Shown here one piece after another: positions 43,769 to 53,062 of a DNA stretch of 64,000 nucleotides. The notes below the pieces were generated by a model. That model saw only the letters and a program-made list of their open reading frames with translations, did no database searches and had not been told where the DNA came from. The stretch is from Acidimicrobiia bacterium (GTDB lineage Bacteria; Actinomycetota; Acidimicrobiia; Spongiisociales; ZC4RG35): positions 4,137 to 68,136 of the forward strand of contig DATEDN010000172.1 of assembly GCA_035281645.1 (NCBI GenBank), given 5' to 3'. The first letter of the stretch is position 1, and every line of letters starts with the position of its first letter. A program made the translations under genes and the position numbers.

Positions 43769-44938
43769 CTAGAAGGCGGCGAGGCGGGATCTGTGGCTAA
43801 GCGCCGCGGCGCGAAAGTCATCCACGGTGTCCCCCCCGAAAACTCGTTGGCATTCCTGCGCGAGGACGATCGCAACCATCTGCTCGGCGACTACTCCCGC
43901 CGCCGGTACGGCACAAGTGTCAGATCGCTCATAGAAGGCGCGCTCGGATTGGCGACTGACGACATCCACGGTCTCCAGCCCCTTGAGCACCGTCGAAATG
44001 GGCTTCATCGCCGCCCGCACCCTGAGCAGTCCCCCGACCGTCATTCCTCCCTCGGTGCCACCGGCGCGGTTGGTCCTGCGCTTGAATCCCCCGTCGTAAT
44101 AGATCTCGTCGTGAGCCTCGGTGCCGCGTCGGCGAGCGGTTTCCAACCCATCCCCGATCTCGACCGCCTTGATGGCATGTATGGACATCAGTGCCCCCGC
44201 CAATAAGCCATCGATTCGTCGGTCCCAATGGACATGGCTACCGAGACCGGCAGGGGTGTTGTACGCCAGAACCTCGACTACGCCTCCGACCGTATCGCGT
44301 TCTGCTCTGGCAGTCTCGATCTCACCAATCATGGCGGCGCCGGCGTCGGGGTTGAAACAGCGAACCTCCGAGGCGTCGATTTGCTCCAGGTCAACCGGGG
44401 TAGGCAGCGGCGACTCAGGGGCGGTGACCTTGCCGATTGCCACAACGTGAGAGAGGACTTCAACCTCGATGGTTCGGAGAAGCTGTTTGGCCAGGTAGCC
44501 CACCACGGTGCGGGCGGCGGTCTCGCGAGCTGAGGCTCGTTCGAGGATGTCGCGAGCGTCCCGACGGTCGTACTTCATCATTCCCGCCAGATCGGCGTGT
44601 CCCGGTCGCGGTGCAGTCAGCTTCCGGCCGGTCTGGGTGTCCTCTTCGGGCTCCTCCTGCGGTTCGGGGCTCATGGCCCGCTGCCATCGAGGCCATTCGG
44701 TGTTGCGGATGATCACGGCCACCGGCGAGCCCAGAGTGGCGCCATGGCGGACTCCGGCCAGAATCTCGAGCTCGTCCTTTTCAAGCTTCATGCGGGGACC
44801 GCGGCCGAAGCCCAATCGCCGCCGCGCCAGTTCATGCTGGAGACCTTCGAAGTCCACCTCGAGGCCAGCCGGCAATCCCTCGATGGTGGCCACCAGGCCC
44901 GGGCCGTGTGATTCGCCAGCGGTCAGAAACCGGAGCAC
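43769..44938 (-). CDS. aroC: chorismate synthase
   Basis: 389 aa, MLRFLTAGESHGPGL plus conserved signature regions. Confidence 0.93.
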   Translation of the reverse strand: MLRFLTAGESHGPGLVATIEGLPAGLEVDFEGLQHELARRRLGFGRGPRMKLEKDELEILAGVRHGATLGSPVAVIIRNTEWPRWQRAMSPEPQEEPEEDTQTGRKLTAPRPGHADLAGMMKYDRRDARDILERASARETAARTVVGYLAKQLLRTIEVEVLSHVVAIGKVTAPESPLPTPVDLEQIDASEVRCFNPDAGAAMIGEIETARAERDTVGGVVEVLAYNTPAGLGSHVHWDRRIDGLLAGALMSIHAIKAVEIGDGLETARRRGTEAHDEIYYDGGFKRRTNRAGGTEGGMTVGGLLRVRAAMKPISTVLKGLETVDVVSRQSERAFYERSDTCAVPAAGVVAEQMVAIVLAQECQRVFGGDTVDDFRAAALSHRSRLAAF

Positions 44939-44974
44939 CCGGCGATGGTAGAGATACCGGGTTTGGGAAGAGGA

Positions 44975-45652
44975 TCAGCTCAAGATGAACGGAGTCGAAA
45001 TGATCGCTGCCCATGTTCCAAAGATGAGCGGGGGCCCGTAAGGAATGGCGGTCTTCCGGCTCTTGCCCATCGCCAGCAAGATCAGGGCCGGGATTCCTCC
45101 GAGGAGCGAGGTGATGAAAAGGGAGTAGGCCAGGGTGCGATAGGAATGGAAGCCGGCGAAGAAACCGAGCAGGAGCGCGAGCTTGACGTCACCAAATCCA
45201 AAACCCTCGCCCCGGGCTGCCAGATATACGAGAAGGAGGAGGGTGAAATAGCCCGCCGCCCCGATGAAAGCCGGTCGCAACGACAGGGCTCGGCCTTCGA
45301 TGATCGCTGCTCCCGTCAGCAGCACCATGGCGATGGTTCCTCCGGGGTAGAGGAGGCGGTTGGGAATCCGGAAGTGGTCGAGGTCGGTGACCACCAGCAT
45401 TGCGGTCAGCGAGACCATCACCAGATGGGCGACTAGAACCGGGGTAAGCCCGAATGTGTTTGCCATCCCCCAGTATGCGAGGCCGACCAGGAGCGACGCC
45501 CCGAGCTCCCGCCATCGCCAGCCTCGAACCATGCCTTGTATAGGGGCATTCCCCGCTGCCGTTCTGAAGGGGCGGTCGGCGCCGACCGCCACCGCGAAGC
45601 GATGGAGCACTGGGCCTTGGAGGAGTCCGAGCGCCGCGATCAGGAGATTCAC
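44975..45652 (-). CDS. A24-family prepilin peptidase, short form without an N-terminal zinc-finger/methyltransferase domain
   Basis: 225-aa polytopic membrane protein with the two catalytic Asp regions (TDLDHFRIPN and GFGFGDVKL). Confidence 0.75.
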   Translation of the reverse strand: MNLLIAALGLLQGPVLHRFAVAVGADRPFRTAAGNAPIQGMVRGWRWRELGASLLVGLAYWGMANTFGLTPVLVAHLVMVSLTAMLVVTDLDHFRIPNRLLYPGGTIAMVLLTGAAIIEGRALSLRPAFIGAAGYFTLLLLVYLAARGEGFGFGDVKLALLLGFFAGFHSYRTLAYSLFITSLLGGIPALILLAMGKSRKTAIPYGPPLIFGTWAAIISTPFILS

Positions 45653-45691
45653 GGAGCGAGACCTTACGGTCGGAAGGGCTGGCGGTAGCGG

Positions 45692-46780
45692 TTAGTCGTC
45701 GAGACCGACGGAAGACATCCGACGCCGCTTGAGGAACCCATGAGAGGGAACCTGGCTGGCCCCGCCCTGACCCTCGGGGTTCTCGTTCAGCTGGGAGAAG
45801 ACCCGATCCAAAAAGGAGTCGGAGCCGGCTGGCGTTTCCTCCTCGCCTTCCTCTGAGTCGGCGGGGGTTTCGTCGGCGGCCGATTCGGCGGTCGACTCGG
45901 CCGGGACGGCCTCGGCCCACCAGCTGCGATTGAAGTCGGCTTCCTTTGGCTCCGGCCGGGCTGGTTCGGGCTCGGCCTCGCTATAGGACGGCTCGTAAGA
46001 GGGTTGCGGTTCGACCGGCTCTGATGGCGGTTCGGAGGGCTCGGAGGGCATCGAGGTCTCATAGCCGGCGTAGGAATAGCTGCGACCCGGGGGGGCGGCG
46101 GCAGGCTCGGGAGCGCGCACCGCCTCGACCAGTCCCGCCCGAACGAGGGCGGCCAGGTCCTTGGCGGTCCGGAAGCGACTCGCACCCAAGCGGTCGGCGA
46201 GTGCACGAATGGATGAGGTGCCATCGAAATTGGCAACCAGCTTCCACGTGTTGGGGGCGAGGGTGACGGGTTCGTTGTTGGGTGCTTCACTGATTATCCG
46301 GACGCTTTCGTCGATCGTGGGGATCACCGACTCGATGTCGGCCCACTCCACTGCTCGCCGGTCGGCTTCGGAAATGCACATCTCGACGTCGAAGGCTTGC
46401 TCGCTTCGGTAGCGAGGAGCGACGTCCACGTTGAATACAAACTGGCCCCGGCCGGGCTTGCGGATGCGGTAGAGGCTCTCGATCACTTCTTCCCGGAAGA
46501 AATCGGAGAGTCCGGAGGGAGCGGTTGAATCCGACAGAGAACGGCCACCCACCTCGGCCGCCCGGACGGCGTCCTCACTGACCACCTTGGAGTTGATGAG
46601 CTGACGGCGAAGATCTTCATCGCTGCCAATGGTGGCAAAGGTCACCGATCCGCCGTTTAAGAAAACGCGACCGTGGAGGTCGGGAGCGTCTACTCGCAAG
46701 CAGCCGCTCTTGTAGGAACGCGCTAGCAAGCGGAGAACTTCCTCCAAGGGGAAAACATCAATGTGCCCAGTCAACGACAT
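45692..46780 (-). CDS. DUF4388-domain protein with an acidic Pro/Glu/Ser-rich disordered C-terminal half
   Basis: N-terminus (GHIDVFPLEEVLRLLARSYKSGCLRVDAPD...) matches the DUF4388 pattern. The C-terminus carries PSEPSEPPSEPVEPQPSYEPSYSEAEPEP repeats and a basic tail. Confidence 0.55.
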   Translation of the reverse strand: MSLTGHIDVFPLEEVLRLLARSYKSGCLRVDAPDLHGRVFLNGGSVTFATIGSDEDLRRQLINSKVVSEDAVRAAEVGGRSLSDSTAPSGLSDFFREEVIESLYRIRKPGRGQFVFNVDVAPRYRSEQAFDVEMCISEADRRAVEWADIESVIPTIDESVRIISEAPNNEPVTLAPNTWKLVANFDGTSSIRALADRLGASRFRTAKDLAALVRAGLVEAVRAPEPAAAPPGRSYSYAGYETSMPSEPSEPPSEPVEPQPSYEPSYSEAEPEPARPEPKEADFNRSWWAEAVPAESTAESAADETPADSEEGEEETPAGSDSFLDRVFSQLNENPEGQGGASQVPSHGFLKRRRMSSVGLDD

Positions 46781-46850
46781 TTCGCCAAACCTTCCTTCGC
46801 GGCGTTTTTCCAGTATTCGCCACTGAATTCGGCCCCCAGAACCGATTGCT

Positions 46851-47606
46851 TTAGGGATTTCCGACTGCTAGCCGCATGGCGTCGAACGGCGCGGTCATAC
46901 CGGTCCAAAGCCTAAATCCATGCCCGGCTTGAGCTAACAGAAGGTCAAGACCATCAACCACCGGGATTCCCAGCTCCCGGGCCCTGGCCGCCGCCGGCGT
47001 TTCGGTGGCGGCGTAGGGCATATCGAGCAGGCCCGAGGCCAGGGCGAGAACCTCTTCGGGCAATGGTTCGCCTTTCATTCCCAGCGGGGTCGAATTCACC
47101 ACCCGGGCCATCACCACCGGAACTCCCCAATGCACCTCGCCAAGCTCGATGCCCAACCTACGAGAAAGGGCCGAACCGCTCCCGAACGTGCGGGAGGCGA
47201 TATAGAGCGTCGCCTGGTTCTCAAGAGCCACTGCTGTCGCCGCAGCCGCTCCGCCGGCACCGAGGATCAGGATCGGCCCGAGATCCGGCATTGACTGCCA
47301 GCTTTCTCTGATGGCGGCGATATCGGTGGAATGGCCCACGACTTCGTTGCCCTCGCGAACTACGGTGTTCACCGATCCCGCTCGCGCAGCCTCTGATTCG
47401 ACTCGATCACAAAGCGAGTAGGCCTCTGCCTTATGTGGCATGGTGACGTTGAAACCGTCGAGGCGGCCCTGGCGCAGGTCTTCGAACGCCTGACGCAATC
47501 CAGCGGAGTCAACCTGACGAGCGGTGTACTCGCCATCGACACCTGCAGCGGCAAAAGCTGCCCGAAAGATTGCTGGCGACCGCGAGTGTGAGACCGGGTC
47601 GCCCAC
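46851..47606 (-). CDS. aroE: shikimate dehydrogenase
   Basis: 251 aa with substrate motifs (GDPVSHSRSP, NVTMPHK) and a Rossmann motif (GAGGAAAA). Starts on GTG 20 nt after the mltG stop. Confidence 0.82.
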   Translation of the reverse strand: MGDPVSHSRSPAIFRAAFAAAGVDGEYTARQVDSAGLRQAFEDLRQGRLDGFNVTMPHKAEAYSLCDRVESEAARAGSVNTVVREGNEVVGHSTDIAAIRESWQSMPDLGPILILGAGGAAAATAVALENQATLYIASRTFGSGSALSRRLGIELGEVHWGVPVVMARVVNSTPLGMKGEPLPEEVLALASGLLDMPYAATETPAAARARELGIPVVDGLDLLLAQAGHGFRLWTGMTAPFDAMRLAVGNP

Positions 47607-47626
47607 CAGGGCGAGTCTGAGGGTGC

Positions 47627-48709
47627 TCAGGGAATGATGCCGGCTTGGCGGGAACGTTCGATGTTCGCCAAATGCTCGTCGTAGGTCTCGGCGAAAGCGT
47701 GACCGCCTTCGGCGGTGGACAACACGTAAAAGTAGAAGCCGCTCTCGGCGGGATTGGCCGCCGCTTCCAGGGAGGCTCGCCCGGGAGCTCCGATCGGGGT
47801 CGGTGGCAGCCCCGGATACTTGTACAGGTTGTAGGGACTTTCGGACTCGTTGTTGAAGAGGGCCGGGTCACGGGTGCCGATGCCATAAAGCACCGAGGCG
47901 TCGATTTGTAACGGCATCCCTTCGGCCAGGCGGTTGAAGATGACGCTCGAAACGAGCTCGCGCTCGTCGGCCACTCGCACCTCGGCTTCGATCAGCGAGG
48001 CAATGGTCATGCCCTGATAGACGTCGAAACCGGCGTCGGCGAGCCTGGTCCAATCGACTGAGCCCACGCGCTCTTCCATGGTGTCAGTCAGGACCTGCAG
48101 GATCCGCGAGGCAGGCGATTCCCGCAGGAATTCGTAGGTGTCGGGAAAGAGCAGTCCTTCCCAGTCACTCAGGGTGGGGGCCGCCGGCATCGTCCGGAGG
48201 TCGGTCAGCACACCACCCTGTGACAGCGCCGTTTCGAAGTCGCCCCGGGGAAGGCCCGATGCTTCCACCAGGATGTCGATGATCTCGGTTACCCGCAGGC
48301 CTTCCGGGATCGTAACCCGGTAGGCGTCGGCGATCGGCCCCCGCAAGAGCAGCGGGAGCACGTCCTCGATGGAGCTGCCGGTCAAGAAGCGGTAGGTCCC
48401 GGCCCGGAGCTGGTTGGCGATGCCTTGATCCCGAACGGTGAGCTCGAATTCGTTAGCGCTGTCGATCACGCCTTCGGCTGCGAGCAGGGTGGCTATGGCC
48501 CGGGCACTGGAACCAGGAGGGATGGTGACTTCGACCTCTTGTCCGGGTTCGATGGACACGACAGAGGACTCCTCGGCCGCCCCCTCGAGCGACCCTCCCA
48601 CCAGGCGGGCCAGGCCCGTGGCGGCGATGACAACCACGAGAGCCGTGATCCCGAGGCCCAAGATGACCCGGAGCCAGCGTGATTGCAGAAGAGAAGACCA
48701 AGAATTCAC
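47627..48709 (-). CDS. mltG: endolytic murein transglycosylase MltG (YceG-like)
   Basis: N-terminal TM segment plus a YceG domain (LLFPDTYEF, catalytic Glu region). Confidence 0.85.
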   Translation of the reverse strand: MNSWSSLLQSRWLRVILGLGITALVVVIAATGLARLVGGSLEGAAEESSVVSIEPGQEVEVTIPPGSSARAIATLLAAEGVIDSANEFELTVRDQGIANQLRAGTYRFLTGSSIEDVLPLLLRGPIADAYRVTIPEGLRVTEIIDILVEASGLPRGDFETALSQGGVLTDLRTMPAAPTLSDWEGLLFPDTYEFLRESPASRILQVLTDTMEERVGSVDWTRLADAGFDVYQGMTIASLIEAEVRVADERELVSSVIFNRLAEGMPLQIDASVLYGIGTRDPALFNNESESPYNLYKYPGLPPTPIGAPGRASLEAAANPAESGFYFYVLSTAEGGHAFAETYDEHLANIERSRQAGIIP

Positions 48710-48722
48710 GGTGAAAAACGCG

Positions 48723-49130
48723 TCATCGGGGACGGTCCAGGAACGACTGGAGGATAACGGTGGCGGCGACCTTATCGAGGTTCGCCCGCCTGGCCCGGCG
48801 CCGCGTTCCTGCCTCGAGCATCACCCGTTCGGCATCCTTCGAGGTAAAGCGCTCGTCAACCCAGGTGACCGGTAGCCCGGTTGCCTCTTCGATCTCGCGC
48901 CCGAAATCGCGCGCCGCGCGGGCTGATTCGCCCTCCTGGCCGGAAAGCGAAGTGGGAAGTCCGATCACGATCTCGATAACCCCGTACTCCTCCACCAGGT
49001 CGGCCACCCGAGCCGGGGCCTCTCGTCGGGGAACGACCATCAACGCATGGGCCGCGACCCAGAGCTCATCGGAGATCGCTACCCCTACCCGCTTGTGTCC
49101 GAAGTCGAGTCCGAGCGCCCGACCTTTCAC
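48723..49130 (-). CDS. ruvX: Holliday junction resolvase-like protein RuvX/YqgF
   Basis: 135 aa, LGLDFGHKRVGVAISD is the RNase H-like YqgF signature. Overlaps the alaS stop. Confidence 0.85.
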   Translation of the reverse strand: MKGRALGLDFGHKRVGVAISDELWVAAHALMVVPRREAPARVADLVEEYGVIEIVIGLPTSLSGQEGESARAARDFGREIEEATGLPVTWVDERFTSKDAERVMLEAGTRRRARRANLDKVAATVILQSFLDRPR

Positions 49131-51751
49131 TGCTGGGCGAGGGCGGTGGCGGCGGCCTCGTGGACTTGATCGAGCGCCTCGCCCAGCCGTTCCCCGTGAG
49201 GACCCCCGGCCTGGGCGAGCGCCGGGTCACGACTCCCGCCACCTCCCAGGAGGCGAGCTCCCACTCCAACCAGATCGGCGGCAGAGACTCCTCCGCTTAC
49301 CAGACCGGCAGATACCGCACCGACCAGAGACCCCTTGCCGTCGGTGCTCGAGCCGAGGATCACAACTGCCGACGACAGCCGATCTCGGACCGAGATGGCG
49401 AGGAGGCGGAGCTGTTCGGGTGAGAGGCCCGCAGGCTTTTCGACAACCAGGTAATGCTCTCCGATCTTCGTCGCCCCGGCGGCCAGCTCGGACGCCAAGT
49501 GGTCTCTATCGCGCTGGCGATAGGAGGCAAGATGATCTTCCAGGTTCTCGATCCGGGCGACAAGGGCTCGAACCCGCTCCGGGGCTTCGGCCGGAGAAGT
49601 CCGCAACAGTTGGCCAATGTTGTTGAGACCGTCCCGCCATTCGACGAACTGGCGGTAGGCCGACTCGCCTGTCAGCGCTTCCACCCGTCGAATGTTGGAG
49701 CCGATGGACGATTCCGAGGTGACCACCAGCGGCCCAACCTGGCCGGCGGTATGGGTATGAGTGCCCCCGCAAAGCTCGACTGAAAACTGACCGATCCTCA
49801 CCAGCCGAACAACGTCGCCGTACTTATCACCGAAAAAGGCGAGAGCGCCCGCTTGGGTCGCCTCCTCCTTGCTGGTGATGGTGGTGGAGACCACCCCGTT
49901 CTCGATCAACCTGTGGTTGGCCTGTCGCTCGATCTCAACTAGCTCCTCCGGAGCGACTGCGGAGAAATGAGAGAAGTCGAACCGAAGCCGTCCCGCCTCG
50001 ACCAGGGAGCCGGCTTGATGGGCGTGATCGCCGAGAACGCTTCGGAGGGCCCAGTGCAAAACATGGGTCCCGGTGTGGGACTTGCGAATCTTTTCCCGTC
50101 GGGAGCCATCGATCGCCAGATCGGCGTCCTGACCGACACTCAGATAACCGCTTCGTACCCGGCCGCGGTGGCCATGAAGGCCTTGGAGGGCATGGCGGGT
50201 GTCGCGGACTTCAACCGTCCCGCTGGCAGTGGTGATGACACCCGAGTCGCCGATCTGTCCGCCGGACTCCGCATAGAACGGAGTCACGTCGAGGAAGACT
50301 TCGACCTCTTGCCCTTCCCCCACCTGCTCCGTGAGCTCGCCCTCACGAGTCAAGGCCAGGATGCGACCGCTCCCAATCTCTGATTCGTAGCCGATGAAAG
50401 TGGTAAGCCCGATCTCGTCCAGAATCGCCCGGTAGGACTCGGCGCTGGCCGCCTCGTCGCCACCCTTCCACGCCCGACGGGCTCGCTGGCGTTGCAGAGC
50501 CATCTCGGCGTCGTATCCCCCCCGATCGATCGCCACGCCCCGTTCCGACGCGATCTCGGTGGTCAACTCGATCGGGAAGCCGTAGGTGTCGTGCAACCGG
50601 AAAACCGTGGACCCGCTCAACGCCTCGCCCTCATCCAAGTCCGAAATCTCGGATTCGAGGAGGGCGACGCCCGATTGCAATGTCCGGCGGAATCGCTCCT
50701 CCTCCCTTCCCACCACGGATATGACAAGATCCTTTTTCTCCCGAAGCTCAGGCCAAGAGGGACCCAGGACCTCGGTGGTGGCTTCGACGAGATGAGGGGT
50801 TATCAATTCCTTGCTCCCCAACTGCCAAGCCCGGCGGACTGCGCGTCGGAGGACGCGCCTCAACACGTATCCGCGGCCGTCGTTGGAGGGGACCACCCCA
50901 TCGGCGATGAGGGTGGTGATGGTGCGAGCGTGATCGGCCAAGATCCGGAGTGAGACATCGGTGGCCTCGGATCGCCCGTAAGCGACACGAAGGTTCTCGG
51001 CCGCATCAGCGATGATGAAGGCGAGGGCGTCGATGTCGAAGACCGAGTCGACTTTCTGGAGGACCGCGGCCGTGCGCTCAAGCCCCATTCCGGTGTCGAT
51101 GTTCTTTTGCGGAAGGTCACCGACGACGTGGTAAGGCTCGTCCTGGATGTTCTGCATGAAGACGAGATTCCAGATCTCGACATAGCGGTCTTCGTCGCCC
51201 CCGATCGGACCCCCGGAGGCCCCATATTCGGGGCCTTTATCAAAGAAGATTTCCGAACAGGGTCCGCATGGTCCCGGCACTCCCATCTGCCAGAAGTTGT
51301 CCTCGCCGCCGAGCTGCACCCGGTCAGCGGGGACACCCGCTTGATCGATCCAGATCTGACGCGCTTCGTCGTCGGTGTGATGAACGGTGAACCAGAGGAG
51401 TTCGGGGTCGAGCGAAAGCTTTTCGGTCACGAACTCATAAGCCCAGGCAATCGCACCTTCCTTGAAGTAGTCGCCAAAGCTGAAGTTGCCGAGCATCTCG
51501 AAGAAGGAGAGATGGCGCTGGGTGGTGCCGATGATGTCGATATCGATGGTGCGGACGCACTTCTGCACCGAAACCGCTCGCTTGAACGGAGGAGTCTCCT
51601 CACCAAGGAAATAGGGCTTGAACGGGACCATGCCGGCGTTGTTCAGCAACAGCGTTGGATCGGTGGGAATCAAGGACGCAGAAGGGCGCAGGACGTGGCC
51701 GCGCGCCACGAAGAAGTCGGTGAAGGCCTTCCTGATCTGATGCGAATCCAT
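49127..51751 (-). CDS. alaS: alanine--tRNA ligase
   Basis: AlaRS catalytic, editing (HxxxH...CxxxH) and C-terminal DHHA1 domains. Start taken at internal Met 54 (MDSHQIRKAFTDFF). The track ORF has an Arg/Ser-rich leader. Confidence 0.93.
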   Translation of the reverse strand: MDSHQIRKAFTDFFVARGHVLRPSASLIPTDPTLLLNNAGMVPFKPYFLGEETPPFKRAVSVQKCVRTIDIDIIGTTQRHLSFFEMLGNFSFGDYFKEGAIAWAYEFVTEKLSLDPELLWFTVHHTDDEARQIWIDQAGVPADRVQLGGEDNFWQMGVPGPCGPCSEIFFDKGPEYGASGGPIGGDEDRYVEIWNLVFMQNIQDEPYHVVGDLPQKNIDTGMGLERTAAVLQKVDSVFDIDALAFIIADAAENLRVAYGRSEATDVSLRILADHARTITTLIADGVVPSNDGRGYVLRRVLRRAVRRAWQLGSKELITPHLVEATTEVLGPSWPELREKKDLVISVVGREEERFRRTLQSGVALLESEISDLDEGEALSGSTVFRLHDTYGFPIELTTEIASERGVAIDRGGYDAEMALQRQRARRAWKGGDEAASAESYRAILDEIGLTTFIGYESEIGSGRILALTREGELTEQVGEGQEVEVFLDVTPFYAESGGQIGDSGVITTASGTVEVRDTRHALQGLHGHRGRVRSGYLSVGQDADLAIDGSRREKIRKSHTGTHVLHWALRSVLGDHAHQAGSLVEAGRLRFDFSHFSAVAPEELVEIERQANHRLIENGVVSTTITSKEEATQAGALAFFGDKYGDVVRLVRIGQFSVELCGGTHTHTAGQVGPLVVTSESSIGSNIRRVEALTGESAYRQFVEWRDGLNNIGQLLRTSPAEAPERVRALVARIENLEDHLASYRQRDRDHLASELAAGATKIGEHYLVVEKPAGLSPEQLRLLAISVRDRLSSAVVILGSSTDGKGSLVGAVSAGLVSGGVSAADLVGVGARLLGGGGSRDPALAQAGGPHGERLGEALDQVHEAAATALAQQ

Positions 51752-51833
51752 TGGTTGCCAAGGGTACCGGTGCCGTCTCTTCCTCAGGGAAGCAACCGTT
51801 GGGAGGAGTGGCCGCAGCAGGCGGCGAGCGGTG

Positions 51834-53060
51834 CTACCGGAGAGGAACGATCTTCTTGACGTCTCCCTCGTAGGTGAGGATGTAGAGCTCGCCCTGCGAA
51901 TCGACGCCAAAGCTGTTTATCTGACCGGCTTCTTCGAACCGGAGCTGGTGATCGAGGACTTCACCGTCCGCGTATCGAAAGGACCGGACCCACTCCCCAC
52001 ACCAATCGGCGTAGAAATAGTGTCCCCGGAGCTCGGGAATGGCTTCCCCTCGATAGACGAAGCCACCGGTGATCGAGCAGCCCTCGTCATGCGTGTACTC
52101 GAGCACCGGGAGCGTGAGGTTTTCGGCCGCGGGATCGCATCCGGATTGAAAGCAATGGGTCCCCTCCATCCGTAGCCAGCCAAAGTTGTACGGCGCCCCC
52201 GACAGAGGAACGACGTCAATCTCTTCGTAATCGGAGTGGCCGACGTCGGCGACGTAAAGGAGATCCTCGTCAATGGTGAAACGCCAGGGATTACGGAGCC
52301 CTTTCGCCCAGACCTCGGGAGCCCCCTCCCCGTCCTGGTAGGGATTGTCCGGAGGGATGGCGTACGGCTCGCCCCGGTCCACGTCGAGACGGAGGATCGC
52401 CGAGAGAAGACGCGATGGGTCCTGGGAATTGACCGAGGCCGCTCCTCCTTCACCCAATGACATCCAAAGGTAGCCGTCGGGCCCGAAGAGGAGCATCCCA
52501 CCGTTGTGTCGTGTGGTGGGTTTATCGAACGCGATCAGTGGCCGCTCGGACGCAGCGTCGGCGAGACCGGGGTCCTGCGACAGCGAGAACTCCGAGAGCT
52601 GGGTTTGTTCAGCCGAAAGCCGGTAGTAGTAGACGAAGAAGCGGCCGTTGTTGGCGAAGTCGGGGTGGAACGCCATCCCTAACAACCCCTGCTCGATGCC
52701 CCCGCTGTTCACGCGATCGCTGAGGTCCAAGAAGGGCTCGGCGCCCAAGGTGCCTTGTTCATCGAGGATGGATATGACCCCCGTGCGCTCGAGCACGAAG
52801 CGACGCGGGTCAGCGGGGGGACTGAGGAGCAAGATCGGTTGCACCAGGTCCGAAATCACTGGTTCGAGGTCGAGTCCCAGCAGTGGCGCCAGCGTCGTGG
52901 TCGGGGCCACGGTTGTCGTCGGGGCGGTGGTTAGAACAGTGGTGGCGGCGGAAGTGACTGAGGTGACAGCGCCTGTCGCCATCGAGGTAGGCGGTGCCGA
53001 GGTGGGACTGGCTGCCAAGGCGCAGGCCCCGAGAAAGACGAGCCCCCAAGGGCGAAGCAA
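51834..53060 (-). CDS. PQQ-dependent sugar dehydrogenase (soluble glucose/sorbosone dehydrogenase-like beta-propeller), secreted or lipoprotein, with a Thr-rich linker
   Basis: Motifs GLLGMAFHPDF, HNGGMLLFGPDGYL and GLRNPWRF. Probable TTG start at 53060, 8 nt after AAGGAAAGG, giving signal peptide MLRPWGLVFLGAC. A TSAPPTS...TTAPTTTVAPTTT linker follows. Confidence 0.75.
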   Translation of the reverse strand: MLRPWGLVFLGACALAASPTSAPPTSMATGAVTSVTSAATTVLTTAPTTTVAPTTTLAPLLGLDLEPVISDLVQPILLLSPPADPRRFVLERTGVISILDEQGTLGAEPFLDLSDRVNSGGIEQGLLGMAFHPDFANNGRFFVYYYRLSAEQTQLSEFSLSQDPGLADAASERPLIAFDKPTTRHNGGMLLFGPDGYLWMSLGEGGAASVNSQDPSRLLSAILRLDVDRGEPYAIPPDNPYQDGEGAPEVWAKGLRNPWRFTIDEDLLYVADVGHSDYEEIDVVPLSGAPYNFGWLRMEGTHCFQSGCDPAAENLTLPVLEYTHDEGCSITGGFVYRGEAIPELRGHYFYADWCGEWVRSFRYADGEVLDHQLRFEEAGQINSFGVDSQGELYILTYEGDVKKIVPLR

Positions 53061-53062
53061 GC

